Assembly: GCA_963771465.1 (NCBI GenBank)
Contig: CAVYTU010000010.1
Coordinates: 1 to 64,000, forward strand
DNA length: 64,000 nucleotides
DNA from: an uncultured delta proteobacterium
GTDB taxonomy: Bacteria; Desulfobacterota; Binatia; UBA9968
Direction of reading: 5' to 3'
The notes under the pieces are model-generated. The model saw only the letters and a list, made by a program, of their open reading frames with translations. It made no database searches and was not told the origin of the DNA. The translations under genes and the position numbers were made by a program. Of this stretch, positions 10,007-18,843 are shown in pieces (positions within the stretch are counted from its first letter, which is position 1; each line of letters starts with the position of its first letter).

Positions 10007-10777
10007 ATGAGCCTGCTTGAAAAGATCAAAAACGATATCGTCGAGAGCCACGTCTGGAAATCGATCTTTCGCCACGGCTACGAGGACACGCCGCGTAACC
10101 GAGTGATGATGGTCACGTCCAACGTTTTTTTGCATCTCCATCCGGCCAAGGTGCGGCGTCACGCCGTGCGCATGCGTTTTACCTGGTGCATGGGCGGGCT
10201 CACCTTCCTGATGTTTCTGATGACCGCGATCACCGGTATTTATTTAATGTTCTACTATCGTCCCGTGGCCGAGTACGCCTACGCGGATATGAAGTATCTC
10301 GAATTCGACATGCCCTTCGGCATGCTCATGCGCAACATGCACCGCTGGGCGGCGCACGCGATGATCGTTTTTGTCTGGCTGCACATGTTTCGCGTCTTTC
10401 TCACCGGCTCGTACAAACCGCCGCGCGAGTTTAACTGGATCGTCGGCGTGCTCTTGCTCGTGCTTACCTTATTGTTGAGTTTCACCGGCTATCTCTTGCC
10501 GTGGGATCAGTTGGCGATTTGGGCGGTCACCGTCGGCTCCAACATGGCGCGCGCGACGCCGCTCTTGGGGTACGAGGGACCGTTCGCCGAGTTCGTCGGC
10601 GCTAACCCGATCTACGACGCCCGCGCGTTTTTGTTTGGCGGCGGCGAAATCGGCCCGCACACGCTGCTGCGTTTCTACATTCTCCACTGCATCTTTATTC
10701 CGCTGGTGGCGAGCATCCTGATGGCCGTACACTTCTGGCGCATCCGCCGCGACGGTTTCTCCGGCCCATCGCTCTAA
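10007..10777 (+). CDS. petB: Cytochrome b6-like N-terminal cytochrome b subunit
   Basis: WCMGG, RNMHRWAAH, WLHMFRVF..GSYKPPREFNW, FTGYLLPWDQ, RFYILH. Confidence 0.95.
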   Translation: MSLLEKIKNDIVESHVWKSIFRHGYEDTPRNRVMMVTSNVFLHLHPAKVRRHAVRMRFTWCMGGLTFLMFLMTAITGIYLMFYYRPVAEYAYADMKYLEFDMPFGMLMRNMHRWAAHAMIVFVWLHMFRVFLTGSYKPPREFNWIVGVLLLVLTLLLSFTGYLLPWDQLAIWAVTVGSNMARATPLLGYEGPFAEFVGANPIYDARAFLFGGGEIGPHTLLRFYILHCIFIPLVASILMAVHFWRIRRDGFSGPSL

Positions 10778-10801
10778 AGCAATCCAAGATCGAGGCAAAA
10801 A

Positions 10802-11569
10802 ATGGCAGAGGCAGCTCACGAAAGAAGGCTTCCGGTTGACGACAAGGTGCACACCTGGCCGCACTTAGTGCGGATGGAGTTTCTCGTCGCGCTTTTCGTC
10901 ATGGTTGTATTGACATTGTGGTCGATCACCATCGACGCGCCTTTGGAAGAGCCGGCCAATCCGACCCGAACACCCAATCCATCGAAAGCTCCGTGGTACT
11001 TTCTCGGATTGCAGGAAATGTTGGTTTACTTCGATCCCTGGCACGCCGGCGTGGTGTTGCCGACCCTTATCATTATCGGTTTGATGGTCATCCCCTATAT
11101 CGACATCAATCCCAAGGGTAACGGCTACTACTGCTTTAAAGCGCGCAAGTGGGAAATCCTCACGTTCTTTTTCGGTTTCCACGTCCTGTGGATTTCAATG
11201 ATCATCATCGGCACCTTTTTCCGCGGCCCAGGTTGGAACCTATTCTGGCCGTGGCAGCGGTGGGATCCGCATAAAGTGGTCGCTTTAACCAACGTCGATC
11301 TGCCCTACCTATTGGGTTTTCGCGACTACTGGCTGTCGGCGGCGTTCAGCCTCGTTGCCGTCGGCGCTTATTTCGTCGTCGGCATGGTGTTGTTTTATAT
11401 GTTTGTGGTCAAAGTCAAAGGCAAGGGATTTATCGAACGCTGGGGCATGGTGCGCTTTAACATTGCCGGCATTATCTTGGTGCTGATGATGTCTTTGCCG
11501 GTCAAAATGTTTCTTCGGTTGGCATTCAACGTGAAATACATCTTGGTCACGCCGTGGATTAATATCTAA
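10802..11569 (+). CDS. petD: Cytochrome b C-terminal / subunit IV-like protein with extra TM helices
   Basis: PANP..TP...KAPWYF (PEWY-equivalent), PYID; split cytochrome b arrangement. Confidence 0.85.
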   Translation: MAEAAHERRLPVDDKVHTWPHLVRMEFLVALFVMVVLTLWSITIDAPLEEPANPTRTPNPSKAPWYFLGLQEMLVYFDPWHAGVVLPTLIIIGLMVIPYIDINPKGNGYYCFKARKWEILTFFFGFHVLWISMIIIGTFFRGPGWNLFWPWQRWDPHKVVALTNVDLPYLLGFRDYWLSAAFSLVAVGAYFVVGMVLFYMFVVKVKGKGFIERWGMVRFNIAGIILVLMMSLPVKMFLRLAFNVKYILVTPWINI

Positions 11570-11737
11570 ATGTTCTACGTGGCGAAAATTCTTCAAGCCC
11601 TGGGGCTGGCGGATATTGGCTACGCTTTGTTCGTTGGCATCATGAGAAATTCTTCAATGGCTGAAGAAATCGTTTTAACGCTGATCGGTCTTGGGGTTTT
11701 TTCTTTGGGCCGTGCGCTGGAAAACAAAGTAGCGTAA
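11570..11737 (+). CDS. 55-aa two-TM small membrane protein (absent from the ORF track)
   Basis: Translated by hand: MFYVAKILQALGLADIGYALFVGIMRNSSMAEEIVLTLIGLGVFSLGRALENKVA; ATG directly follows the petD stop and the ORF fills the gap. Confidence 0.75.
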   Translation: MFYVAKILQALGLADIGYALFVGIMRNSSMAEEIVLTLIGLGVFSLGRALENKVA

Positions 11738-11747
11738 GGGAGTCGGG

Positions 11748-14447
11748 ATGGCGGAACGAGGGGTCGACCCAAAAGAAGAAAAAAAATCCTACGGTAGCGT
11801 TTTCGTTATCGGCGCCAGCTTATTGGTGATGTTGACCCTATGGGCATACTGGGACGACAATATTTCCCGCCGTCCATGGAAAGGCATTCAATCTCACTTC
11901 TATCGGCTGGATTACAACAAGGCCAAAGCCGCTTACAATGAAGAGGACAAAAAGCTTCACGCCGATGAAAAGTACCAAGAGCTGGCGAAGAAACTGGCCG
12001 CGTTCCAGTCGAGTCTTACGGACGGCGAACTAGGCAAGAAACTCAAGAGTTTGGAGAACGAAGAAGCGCGGGTGACGGTCAAATTCCAAGAAGCCGATCA
12101 ACGCGTGAAGGATGTTAAGAGCGAGTTGGAAGAAGCATGGTATGAGCATGACCACGCGGTCCAGCAAAAGCGCAATCCGAAACCTTACTTGGACGTGATC
12201 GCTGAACTCGACAAAAAGAAAGAGCAGCTGGATAAGGCGCTCGAGCCGTTGCGGGCTAGGCGCAATCAGCTCAAAGAAGAAATCAAGAAGATCCAAACCG
12301 GCGCCAAGGACATCGAGACTGAGCTTGCCAAGCTGACGGCGGAGCGCGACAAATGGGTCCGGGTGATGGAGAACGCGACTTTTAAGCTCGGTCCGCTCTC
12401 GCCGTATAAGATTCCCAAGATTCAACAGGTGTCGCTCGACGAATTCGACCGTAACCGTTTCGATCAACCGGTGGCGCGCGTCGACCGCTGCCAGACTTGC
12501 CATCTGGCGATCAACCGGGCCGGTTTTGAAAAAGAACCGCAGCCATTCAGAACTCATCCGCGGCGCGAAGTTCTCTTAGCGGACAACGCTCATCCGCCGG
12601 ATAGAGTCGGTTGCACAGGTTGCCACGAAGGCCAAGGCGTTGCGGTTAACAGCGTGAAGCAAGCCCATGGTGAAGTTCACCTTTGGGAATTCCCGTTGCT
12701 GCGCGGCAATAAAGCGCAATCGAGCTGCACCTCTTGCCATCTCGACGTGCAAAAGTACGCCGAGGATGCGCCGCTGTTGGCCGATGGGCAACGACTATTC
12801 GAACAAGTCGGTTGCACCGGCTGCCATCTCGTCAAAGGCTATGAGAACATCCCGAAAATCGCGCCGAGCTTGAGAAAAATCAGCGCTAAAGTCGATCCCG
12901 GCTGGATGGTGCGGTGGATCGAGAACCCGCACAAGTTCCGGCCGCGCACACGCATGCCGAATTTCGATTTGAAACCGGATGACGCGATCGCGATCGCCTC
13001 CTATATCTGGTCGCAGTCCAAAGAGGAAGGCGATAAGTGGACCCAGGAAAATCCCCTGCCCGCCGGACTGCGCGAGGGCGATGCCAACGAAGCGGCGAAG
13101 GGCAAAAAATTGGTCGAGACGATCGGTTGTAAGGGTTGCCATGGTTTCGCCGAGGGAGAATTCACCACGCCACTCGGTAAAGAAAAAGATCTGGTTCCCA
13201 ATCTCAAAGACGTCGCCTCTAAGGTCGGGCCGCAGTGGATTTATCACTGGATCAAAAACCCGCGCGGCTTTGCGCCCGACACGCGCATGCCGAGCTTGCG
13301 GCTTGCTGACGATGAAGCGCGGGCAATCACCACTTACTTGACGACTCTCGGCGCCAAGCCAGAACCTATGGCAGGGATAGAAGAGAAACTCGCCGATGCC
13401 AAAAACATCAAACGCGGCGAATCGTTGGTGCGCAAATGGGGTTGCTTTGGCTGCCACGACATTAAAGGCATGGAAAAAGAATCCCGCATCGGCGCCGAGC
13501 TGACCACCTTCGGTTCAAAAAAAGTAGAGGAGTTGGCTTTCGGCAACCGCACCGATATCAAAGAGACGTGGGACGACTGGACCTACCACAAATTAAAAAC
13601 GCCGCGCATATACGCCACCGAGCGAATCGACCAACTGATGCCGCAATTCAATTTGGCCGATGAGGACATCAAGGCGCTACGCATCGCGCTCGGCGGTTTC
13701 CGCGAGCTCAAGGTTGGCAAGCGCTACCAGGCGGATCAAGGACTGCGCACACAGCAAGTCGTCGAAGGGCGCCGGTTGATGCAGCAATACAACTGCGTCG
13801 GTTGCCACGAGATCGAAAATCGCGGCGGCTTTGTCCGCAAGTACTATCAGGAAAACGTCGCCCTCGCGCCGCCGCCGCTCAATGGCGAAGGCGAGAAGGT
13901 TCAGTCGCAGTGGTTCTTCGGTTTCTTGAAAGCGCCGGTTCCGCTGCGGCCGTGGCTCGACATTCGCATGCCGACCTTCGGTCTTTCCGACGACCATACA
14001 ACGCAGCTGGTGAACTTTTTCAACGGCCTGTCGAAGGTCGAGCAACCCTACGCTTATATCGATGACAAGAATATTCCGCCGGAGCATATCGAAGCCGCCA
14101 AGGTTTTGACTTCGAAGGATTATTTCAACTGCTTTAGCTGCCATATGCAGGGCGCCAAGACGCCTGAAGGTCCCAAGGAAGGTTGGGCGCCGGATCTGAC
14201 GATGGCGCGCCAGCGTTTGAATCCCAACTGGATTCTCAAGTGGCTGAAGGACCCACAGAAAGTTCAACCGGGCACCAAGATGCCGTCGTTCTATCCAGGC
14301 GGTCCGGATAACGTTCTCGGCGGCAAGGAAGACTTGCAAATCGAAGCTCTGCGCGATTATTTAATGTCAATCGGCCGTGGTGGTGCTGCGCCCATGGCTG
14401 CGACTCCGGCGCCGGCACAAGTGGCTAAAGCCAAGCCGGCAAAGTGA
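11748..14447 (+). CDS. Membrane-anchored octaheme c-type cytochrome with a coiled-coil region
   Basis: Eight CxxCH motifs (CQTCH, CTGCH, CTSCH, CTGCH, CKGCH, CFGCH, CVGCH, CFSCH); N-terminal TM; K/E-rich heptad region. Confidence 0.93.
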   Translation: MAERGVDPKEEKKSYGSVFVIGASLLVMLTLWAYWDDNISRRPWKGIQSHFYRLDYNKAKAAYNEEDKKLHADEKYQELAKKLAAFQSSLTDGELGKKLKSLENEEARVTVKFQEADQRVKDVKSELEEAWYEHDHAVQQKRNPKPYLDVIAELDKKKEQLDKALEPLRARRNQLKEEIKKIQTGAKDIETELAKLTAERDKWVRVMENATFKLGPLSPYKIPKIQQVSLDEFDRNRFDQPVARVDRCQTCHLAINRAGFEKEPQPFRTHPRREVLLADNAHPPDRVGCTGCHEGQGVAVNSVKQAHGEVHLWEFPLLRGNKAQSSCTSCHLDVQKYAEDAPLLADGQRLFEQVGCTGCHLVKGYENIPKIAPSLRKISAKVDPGWMVRWIENPHKFRPRTRMPNFDLKPDDAIAIASYIWSQSKEEGDKWTQENPLPAGLREGDANEAAKGKKLVETIGCKGCHGFAEGEFTTPLGKEKDLVPNLKDVASKVGPQWIYHWIKNPRGFAPDTRMPSLRLADDEARAITTYLTTLGAKPEPMAGIEEKLADAKNIKRGESLVRKWGCFGCHDIKGMEKESRIGAELTTFGSKKVEELAFGNRTDIKETWDDWTYHKLKTPRIYATERIDQLMPQFNLADEDIKALRIALGGFRELKVGKRYQADQGLRTQQVVEGRRLMQQYNCVGCHEIENRGGFVRKYYQENVALAPPPLNGEGEKVQSQWFFGFLKAPVPLRPWLDIRMPTFGLSDDHTTQLVNFFNGLSKVEQPYAYIDDKNIPPEHIEAAKVLTSKDYFNCFSCHMQGAKTPEGPKEGWAPDLTMARQRLNPNWILKWLKDPQKVQPGTKMPSFYPGGPDNVLGGKEDLQIEALRDYLMSIGRGGAAPMAATPAPAQVAKAKPAK

Positions 14448-14508
14448 CGATGAATATTGGACCAACCTGGTCGTCAAACCGATGACCAGTCAGATTGAAG
14501 GAGGAATC

Positions 14509-15222
14509 ATGGGTAAGATCAAATTTTTTGTTTTGGCGGCGGCATTAGTGACATTCCCGACGGGCGCAATGGCGCAGTATAAAGGCGGCGACGTTAAAGA
14601 TGCCGGCAGCATCTCCGGCACGGTGAAATTCAAAGGCTCCGCGCCCGCACCTAAAAAGCTCGATGTCGGTAAGGACAAAGAAGTGTGCGACAAGTCGCCG
14701 AAAGTGGATCAGACGTTAGTCGTGAAGGACGGCAATTTGGCCAATGCGGTGGTGACCATCACGGATATCAAGAGCGGCAAGAAAATGGATCTCAAGAAAG
14801 TGACCCTCGATCAAAAGGGCTGCGAATACCACCCGCACGTGCTGGCCTTTCCCGCCGGCTCAGCGGTCGAGATTCTCAATCCAGACGGCATCCTTCACAA
14901 CGTGCACTCCTACAGCAAGGCCAACAGTCCGTTTAACCAGGCGCAGCCGAAATTCAAGAAGAGCTTGGAAGTGAAGATTGAAAAACCGGAGGCGGTCGAA
15001 GTGAAATGCGACGTGCATGGCTGGATGCACGGCTGGCTCGTGGCCACGCCGAATCCGTATTTTGCGGTAACCGACGGCTCGGGCAGCTTCAAGCTAACCG
15101 ACGTGCCGGCGGGCAGCTACACTCTCGAACTCTGGCATGAAAAGCTTGGCAAGAGCACGCAGAAAGTGACCGTGAAGGCGAAGGAAGAAGCCAAGGTTAA
15201 CTTCGAAGTCGCAGGCAAATAA
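14509..15222 (+). CDS. Exported cupredoxin-like protein with carboxypeptidase-regulatory-like beta domains
   Basis: GAAGGAGG SD; signal peptide AMA-Q; LHNVH and CDVHGWM; TDGSGSFKLTDVPAGSY. Confidence 0.8.
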   Translation: MGKIKFFVLAAALVTFPTGAMAQYKGGDVKDAGSISGTVKFKGSAPAPKKLDVGKDKEVCDKSPKVDQTLVVKDGNLANAVVTITDIKSGKKMDLKKVTLDQKGCEYHPHVLAFPAGSAVEILNPDGILHNVHSYSKANSPFNQAQPKFKKSLEVKIEKPEAVEVKCDVHGWMHGWLVATPNPYFAVTDGSGSFKLTDVPAGSYTLELWHEKLGKSTQKVTVKAKEEAKVNFEVAGK

Positions 15223-15243
15223 CTACTTACAAGTTCGACTCAC

Positions 15244-15283
15244 AAAGCGCGGCGCTCAGAGAATGGGCGCCGCGCTTTTTTTC
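15244..15283. terminator. Intrinsic terminator, likely bidirectional
   Basis: AAAGCGCGGCGCTCA-GAGAA-TGGGCGCCGCGCTTTTTTT between convergent genes. Confidence 0.85.
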
Positions 15284-15328
15284 TGCTATGTGGGCAGATT
15301 AACTTTGCTGCGCCAGTCTTTTCTCCCC

Positions 15329-16015
15329 CTAGTTATCTTTCGTCGCGGCTATTTTGAAATAGTTCCAAGCGCGTTCCATGTCCGCGGGCGTCAAAGCCTC
15401 GACTTGACGCTGTTTCGATTCGACCATTGTGAGCGGGATGGGCGTACCGATCTGTATGGCGCCGAATAGGATTTGTGCCGCTTCTTCCAGGTAGATCGCC
15501 ATCATCACGGCTTCGGGAATCGTTCCGCCCACTGTCACCTGACCGTTGCCCCTGAGTAACACCGCCGGTTTGTCGTCGAGAATTTGCGCCACTTCGGCGC
15601 CGAGAGCGGCGGTCAAAATCAAATCCGGTTTCGCGTACACAGGCACGCCGCCAGCAAAGAAGCTGCCGTGGCTATGCACCGGTTCGAGTTTTCGGTTGGT
15701 TACCGAGAAGATATTGGCGACGCGGGCGTGAATGCGCGTGATGGCATTTACCCCTGGCTTGGCTTTCATGATGACTGCATGGAGCGAGGCTTCGATCGGC
15801 GCGGCCTGTCGACCTTCCACTACTTGGCCATCGCCGTTCATGGTCAACAGCTCGCTTTCCTGCACCAGTGCCAGGCTGATTCTTGGTGTGATGATAAAGT
15901 GGTCGCTGTTCGGAATACGCGCGCTGACATGGCCGAATCCTTCGACCAATTTTTGTTGCGAGAGAATGCGGCTGGCGCTGATGACATCATTTTTCAGTTG
16001 CTCGATGGGGTCCAT
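15329..16015 (-). CDS. Class II aldolase/adducin family protein
   Basis: GFGHVSAR, E..LH..I...KP, AVLLRGNG..VG. Confidence 0.85.
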   Translation of the reverse strand: MDPIEQLKNDVISASRILSQQKLVEGFGHVSARIPNSDHFIITPRISLALVQESELLTMNGDGQVVEGRQAAPIEASLHAVIMKAKPGVNAITRIHARVANIFSVTNRKLEPVHSHGSFFAGGVPVYAKPDLILTAALGAEVAQILDDKPAVLLRGNGQVTVGGTIPEAVMMAIYLEEAAQILFGAIQIGTPIPLTMVESKQRQVEALTPADMERAWNYFKIAATKDN

Positions 16016-16087
16016 AAGGCTCCTTTAAAATCTGAAAATTTTACGTTATATTAAGCTGTTCCAAATTTACGGGAAAGTGAGTCGTCT

Positions 16088-16357
16088 ATGAAAGTAAAAG
16101 TTGAATCATATTCCGACTCCAAAGGCCATGAGAGCCCGACCCGATTTATGCTTGGAAGCCGAACCATTCAGGTGGAAGCCTGCGTGGATCGTTGGTACGG
16201 CGAGCAGGCGTGCTATTTCCGCGTGTTAGGAAGCGATGAGAACTCCTATATTCTCAAGGGTCCGCTTGAGGACGGTACGTGGGAGATGGTTTCGTTTACG
16301 CACAAGGATTCCCGCGGTACCGAGTTAGAATACGAAGGCAAAAGGGAACTTCAGTAA
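16088..16357 (+). CDS. Small hypothetical protein
   Basis: Clean ORF with P..F.LG...V....DRWYG...YFRV pattern. Confidence 0.65.
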   Translation: MKVKVESYSDSKGHESPTRFMLGSRTIQVEACVDRWYGEQACYFRVLGSDENSYILKGPLEDGTWEMVSFTHKDSRGTELEYEGKRELQ

Positions 16358-16446
16358 GGCGTAAATTCCCTCTTGCTTCTCGATTTTCAATCTTCCGTAA
16401 CACTCTCAACGGCGAGAGAAATACATTACTAGTTCGAGGTAGGGAA

Positions 16447-17790
16447 ATGTCGAAGCAACATTTAGTCGCGATGGTTGGCGCCGGCCCGGCGGGTATCTAC
16501 GGCGCGCGCAAACTGACCGAAGCCGGTCATCGAGTGGTCTTGATCAATCGCGATATCAAGCCCGGCGGTTTGGCCGAATACGGCATCTTCGTCGACAAGG
16601 AAAAGATGAAAACCGGCCTGCGCAAACAGTTCAAAAGAATTCTTTCAGACCCCAAAGTGTTTTACCTGGGTCATGTGATGGTCGGCCAGAATCAGCCGCT
16701 GTCACTCAAAGATCTGCAGGATATGGGCTTTGGCGCCGTGGTCGTGACCGCGGGCGCGCAAGGCACGAAAAAATTGGGCATCGAGGGTGAAGAAGCCGTC
16801 GGTGTCTACCACGCCAAAGACGTTGTCTATCATTACAACTCGCTGCCGCCGTTCAGCGAGCAGTCATTCGAAATCGGCCGGCGGGTTGCCATCATCGGCA
16901 TGGGTAACGTCATGGTCGATATCGCCAACTGGCTGCTCAATCTAAAAAAGATCGATCAGGTGGTCGTCGTCGCCCGCCGCGGGCCGCTGGAAAAGGCCTA
17001 CGATGACAGTGAGTTCGAATACATCGACATGTACCTCGACAATGCCGATATGAAACAGGAGATCGATCGCATCAGCGCATCGCTCACCGCCGTGGGACAA
17101 GATGTCGGCGCGATCACGCAAAAAATGGTGCGCCAAGGCGAACCGTTGGAAGGCCGCCGGCTGACGTTCCGCTATCTCTGCTCGCCGACGAAAGTCATCG
17201 CCAACGATCAAGGCCGGGTCGCCGCGCTCGAAGCGGAAGAAAACGAAATGGTTCTGCAGGACGGCAAGACCGTCGCCAAGGGAACCGGCAAGACGCGCCG
17301 TATCGAAGTCGACTGTGTCATCTACGCCATCGGCGATCAGGTCGATGCCGCGCTCGGTTTGCCTTTTTCACGTGGCGCCTTCGTCACCAATCCGGAAAAG
17401 CTGCCGGGCGATCCGAATCCGGCAGCCTATCAGCCGTATGATCCCGAGACCAAAAAAGCTCTCGACGGTATTTTCGTCGCCGGCTGGTCGCGCAACGCCA
17501 GCGTCGGTTTGGTCGGCGTCGCCAAGCAAGACGCCGAGCGCGGCATGAAAGTGGTCAACGAATATCTCGCCGCGAAAGAAGGCCCTTCTGCCGGCGAGAT
17601 GGAAGAGAAGATCGAATCGCTGATGGAGATGCTTAAGAAAAAGGGTGTCTCAGTGGTCACCAAGTCCGACGTCGAACTGCTCGAAGGCGCCGAACAAGAA
17701 GCCGCCAAAGCGCGCAAGACATGGGACTTCAAGTACACCAGCGATGACAAGATGCTGGAAGTCATCGCAGCGCGCCGAGCGGGGCAATAA
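16447..17790 (+). CDS. FAD-dependent oxidoreductase, adrenodoxin reductase/FprA-type ferredoxin-NADP+ reductase-like
   Basis: VGAGPAG, PGGLAEYG, IIGMGNV..D, VARRGP, GW. Confidence 0.85.
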   Translation: MSKQHLVAMVGAGPAGIYGARKLTEAGHRVVLINRDIKPGGLAEYGIFVDKEKMKTGLRKQFKRILSDPKVFYLGHVMVGQNQPLSLKDLQDMGFGAVVVTAGAQGTKKLGIEGEEAVGVYHAKDVVYHYNSLPPFSEQSFEIGRRVAIIGMGNVMVDIANWLLNLKKIDQVVVVARRGPLEKAYDDSEFEYIDMYLDNADMKQEIDRISASLTAVGQDVGAITQKMVRQGEPLEGRRLTFRYLCSPTKVIANDQGRVAALEAEENEMVLQDGKTVAKGTGKTRRIEVDCVIYAIGDQVDAALGLPFSRGAFVTNPEKLPGDPNPAAYQPYDPETKKALDGIFVAGWSRNASVGLVGVAKQDAERGMKVVNEYLAAKEGPSAGEMEEKIESLMEMLKKKGVSVVTKSDVELLEGAEQEAAKARKTWDFKYTSDDKMLEVIAARRAGQ

Positions 17791-17824
17791 GCCGGCGCAA
17801 TTTTTGAAAAATTTGGATTCCTGC

Positions 17825-17855
17825 AAAGCCGAAAGCGTCGCTGCTTTTGGCTTTT
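17825..17855. terminator. Hairpin terminator
   Basis: AAAGCCGAAAGC-GTCGCT-GCTTTTGGCTTTT between convergent genes. Confidence 0.65.
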
Positions 17856-17920
17856 ACATTTTTAGACCCTGATGTGCCCGTAAATCGCAATCGAGCTAGT
17901 GTCGCCGAGAAAGCGCAGGT

Positions 17921-18661
17921 TCAGTGCATAATCCTCCCGCCGTTCACATGCATCGTTTGTCCCGTCACATGTTTCGCCGCGTCGCTGGCTAGGTAGGCGA
18001 CGGCTTCGGCGACGTCTTCGACGGCGCCGGGGTGGCCGAGCGGGATGCGTTCGTTCGATGCTTGCCATTCGGCGTCGGTATAGTGGCTGCGGACTTTGGC
18101 GGTTTCGATTCGGCCTGGGGCGACCGCGTTGACTCTCACTCCTTCGGGCGCGAGTTCTAGCGCGAGCGTTCGGGTGAGACCGAGGATGCCGGCTTTGGCG
18201 GCGGCATAAGCGGAGCGATTTTCACCGCCGCTAAATGCGATATCGGATGAGATATTGACGATGACACCGGTTTTTTGCTGCTTCATCAACACCGTTACGG
18301 CGCGGCAGCAGAGAAAAGTCGCCGTGAGATTGGCATCGATAACGGTGCGCCAATGGTCCAGTGGGTATTCTTCAAACTTGTGGCGAAAAAAACTGCCGCC
18401 GGCGACGTTGACGAGCAGATCAATGCGCCGATGATTCGCGATGACCTTGTCGAATGTCGCTTTGACTTCAGCTTCTTGATCCAAATGGGCGCAATGAAAT
18501 TCAAGCGCCAGGTTGCGTTTGGCGAATGCATCGACAACCTGATCGCCCGCGTCCTGGTTCATGTCCAATATGACGATGCTGTAATTGTCTCTGGCTAAAC
18601 GATCAACGACCGCTTGGCCGATATTACCGGCGCCGCCCGTTACCACCGCTACTTTGTTCAT
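17921..18661 (-). CDS. SDR family oxidoreductase (FabG-like)
   Basis: TGGAGNIG, NISS, YAAAK, VNAVAPG. Confidence 0.92.
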   Translation of the reverse strand: MNKVAVVTGGAGNIGQAVVDRLARDNYSIVILDMNQDAGDQVVDAFAKRNLALEFHCAHLDQEAEVKATFDKVIANHRRIDLLVNVAGGSFFRHKFEEYPLDHWRTVIDANLTATFLCCRAVTVLMKQQKTGVIVNISSDIAFSGGENRSAYAAAKAGILGLTRTLALELAPEGVRVNAVAPGRIETAKVRSHYTDAEWQASNERIPLGHPGAVEDVAEAVAYLASDAAKHVTGQTMHVNGGRIMH

Positions 18662-18843
18662 GGCCGACTCCTCCGCGATCATGACTTGAGTGTCTGAGCC
18701 GTATCCCAACTGGGGAACGACCGTCAAGTCGCGATGGCGCAGTATTGGTTGCGAATTCTGCTCTTGCCAAGCAGCCAGGGCTCACATAAAATCCGGCAAA
18801 TTCAACGACGGTGAAAATCTCTTTTCCGAGGAGGGGATGCGAC

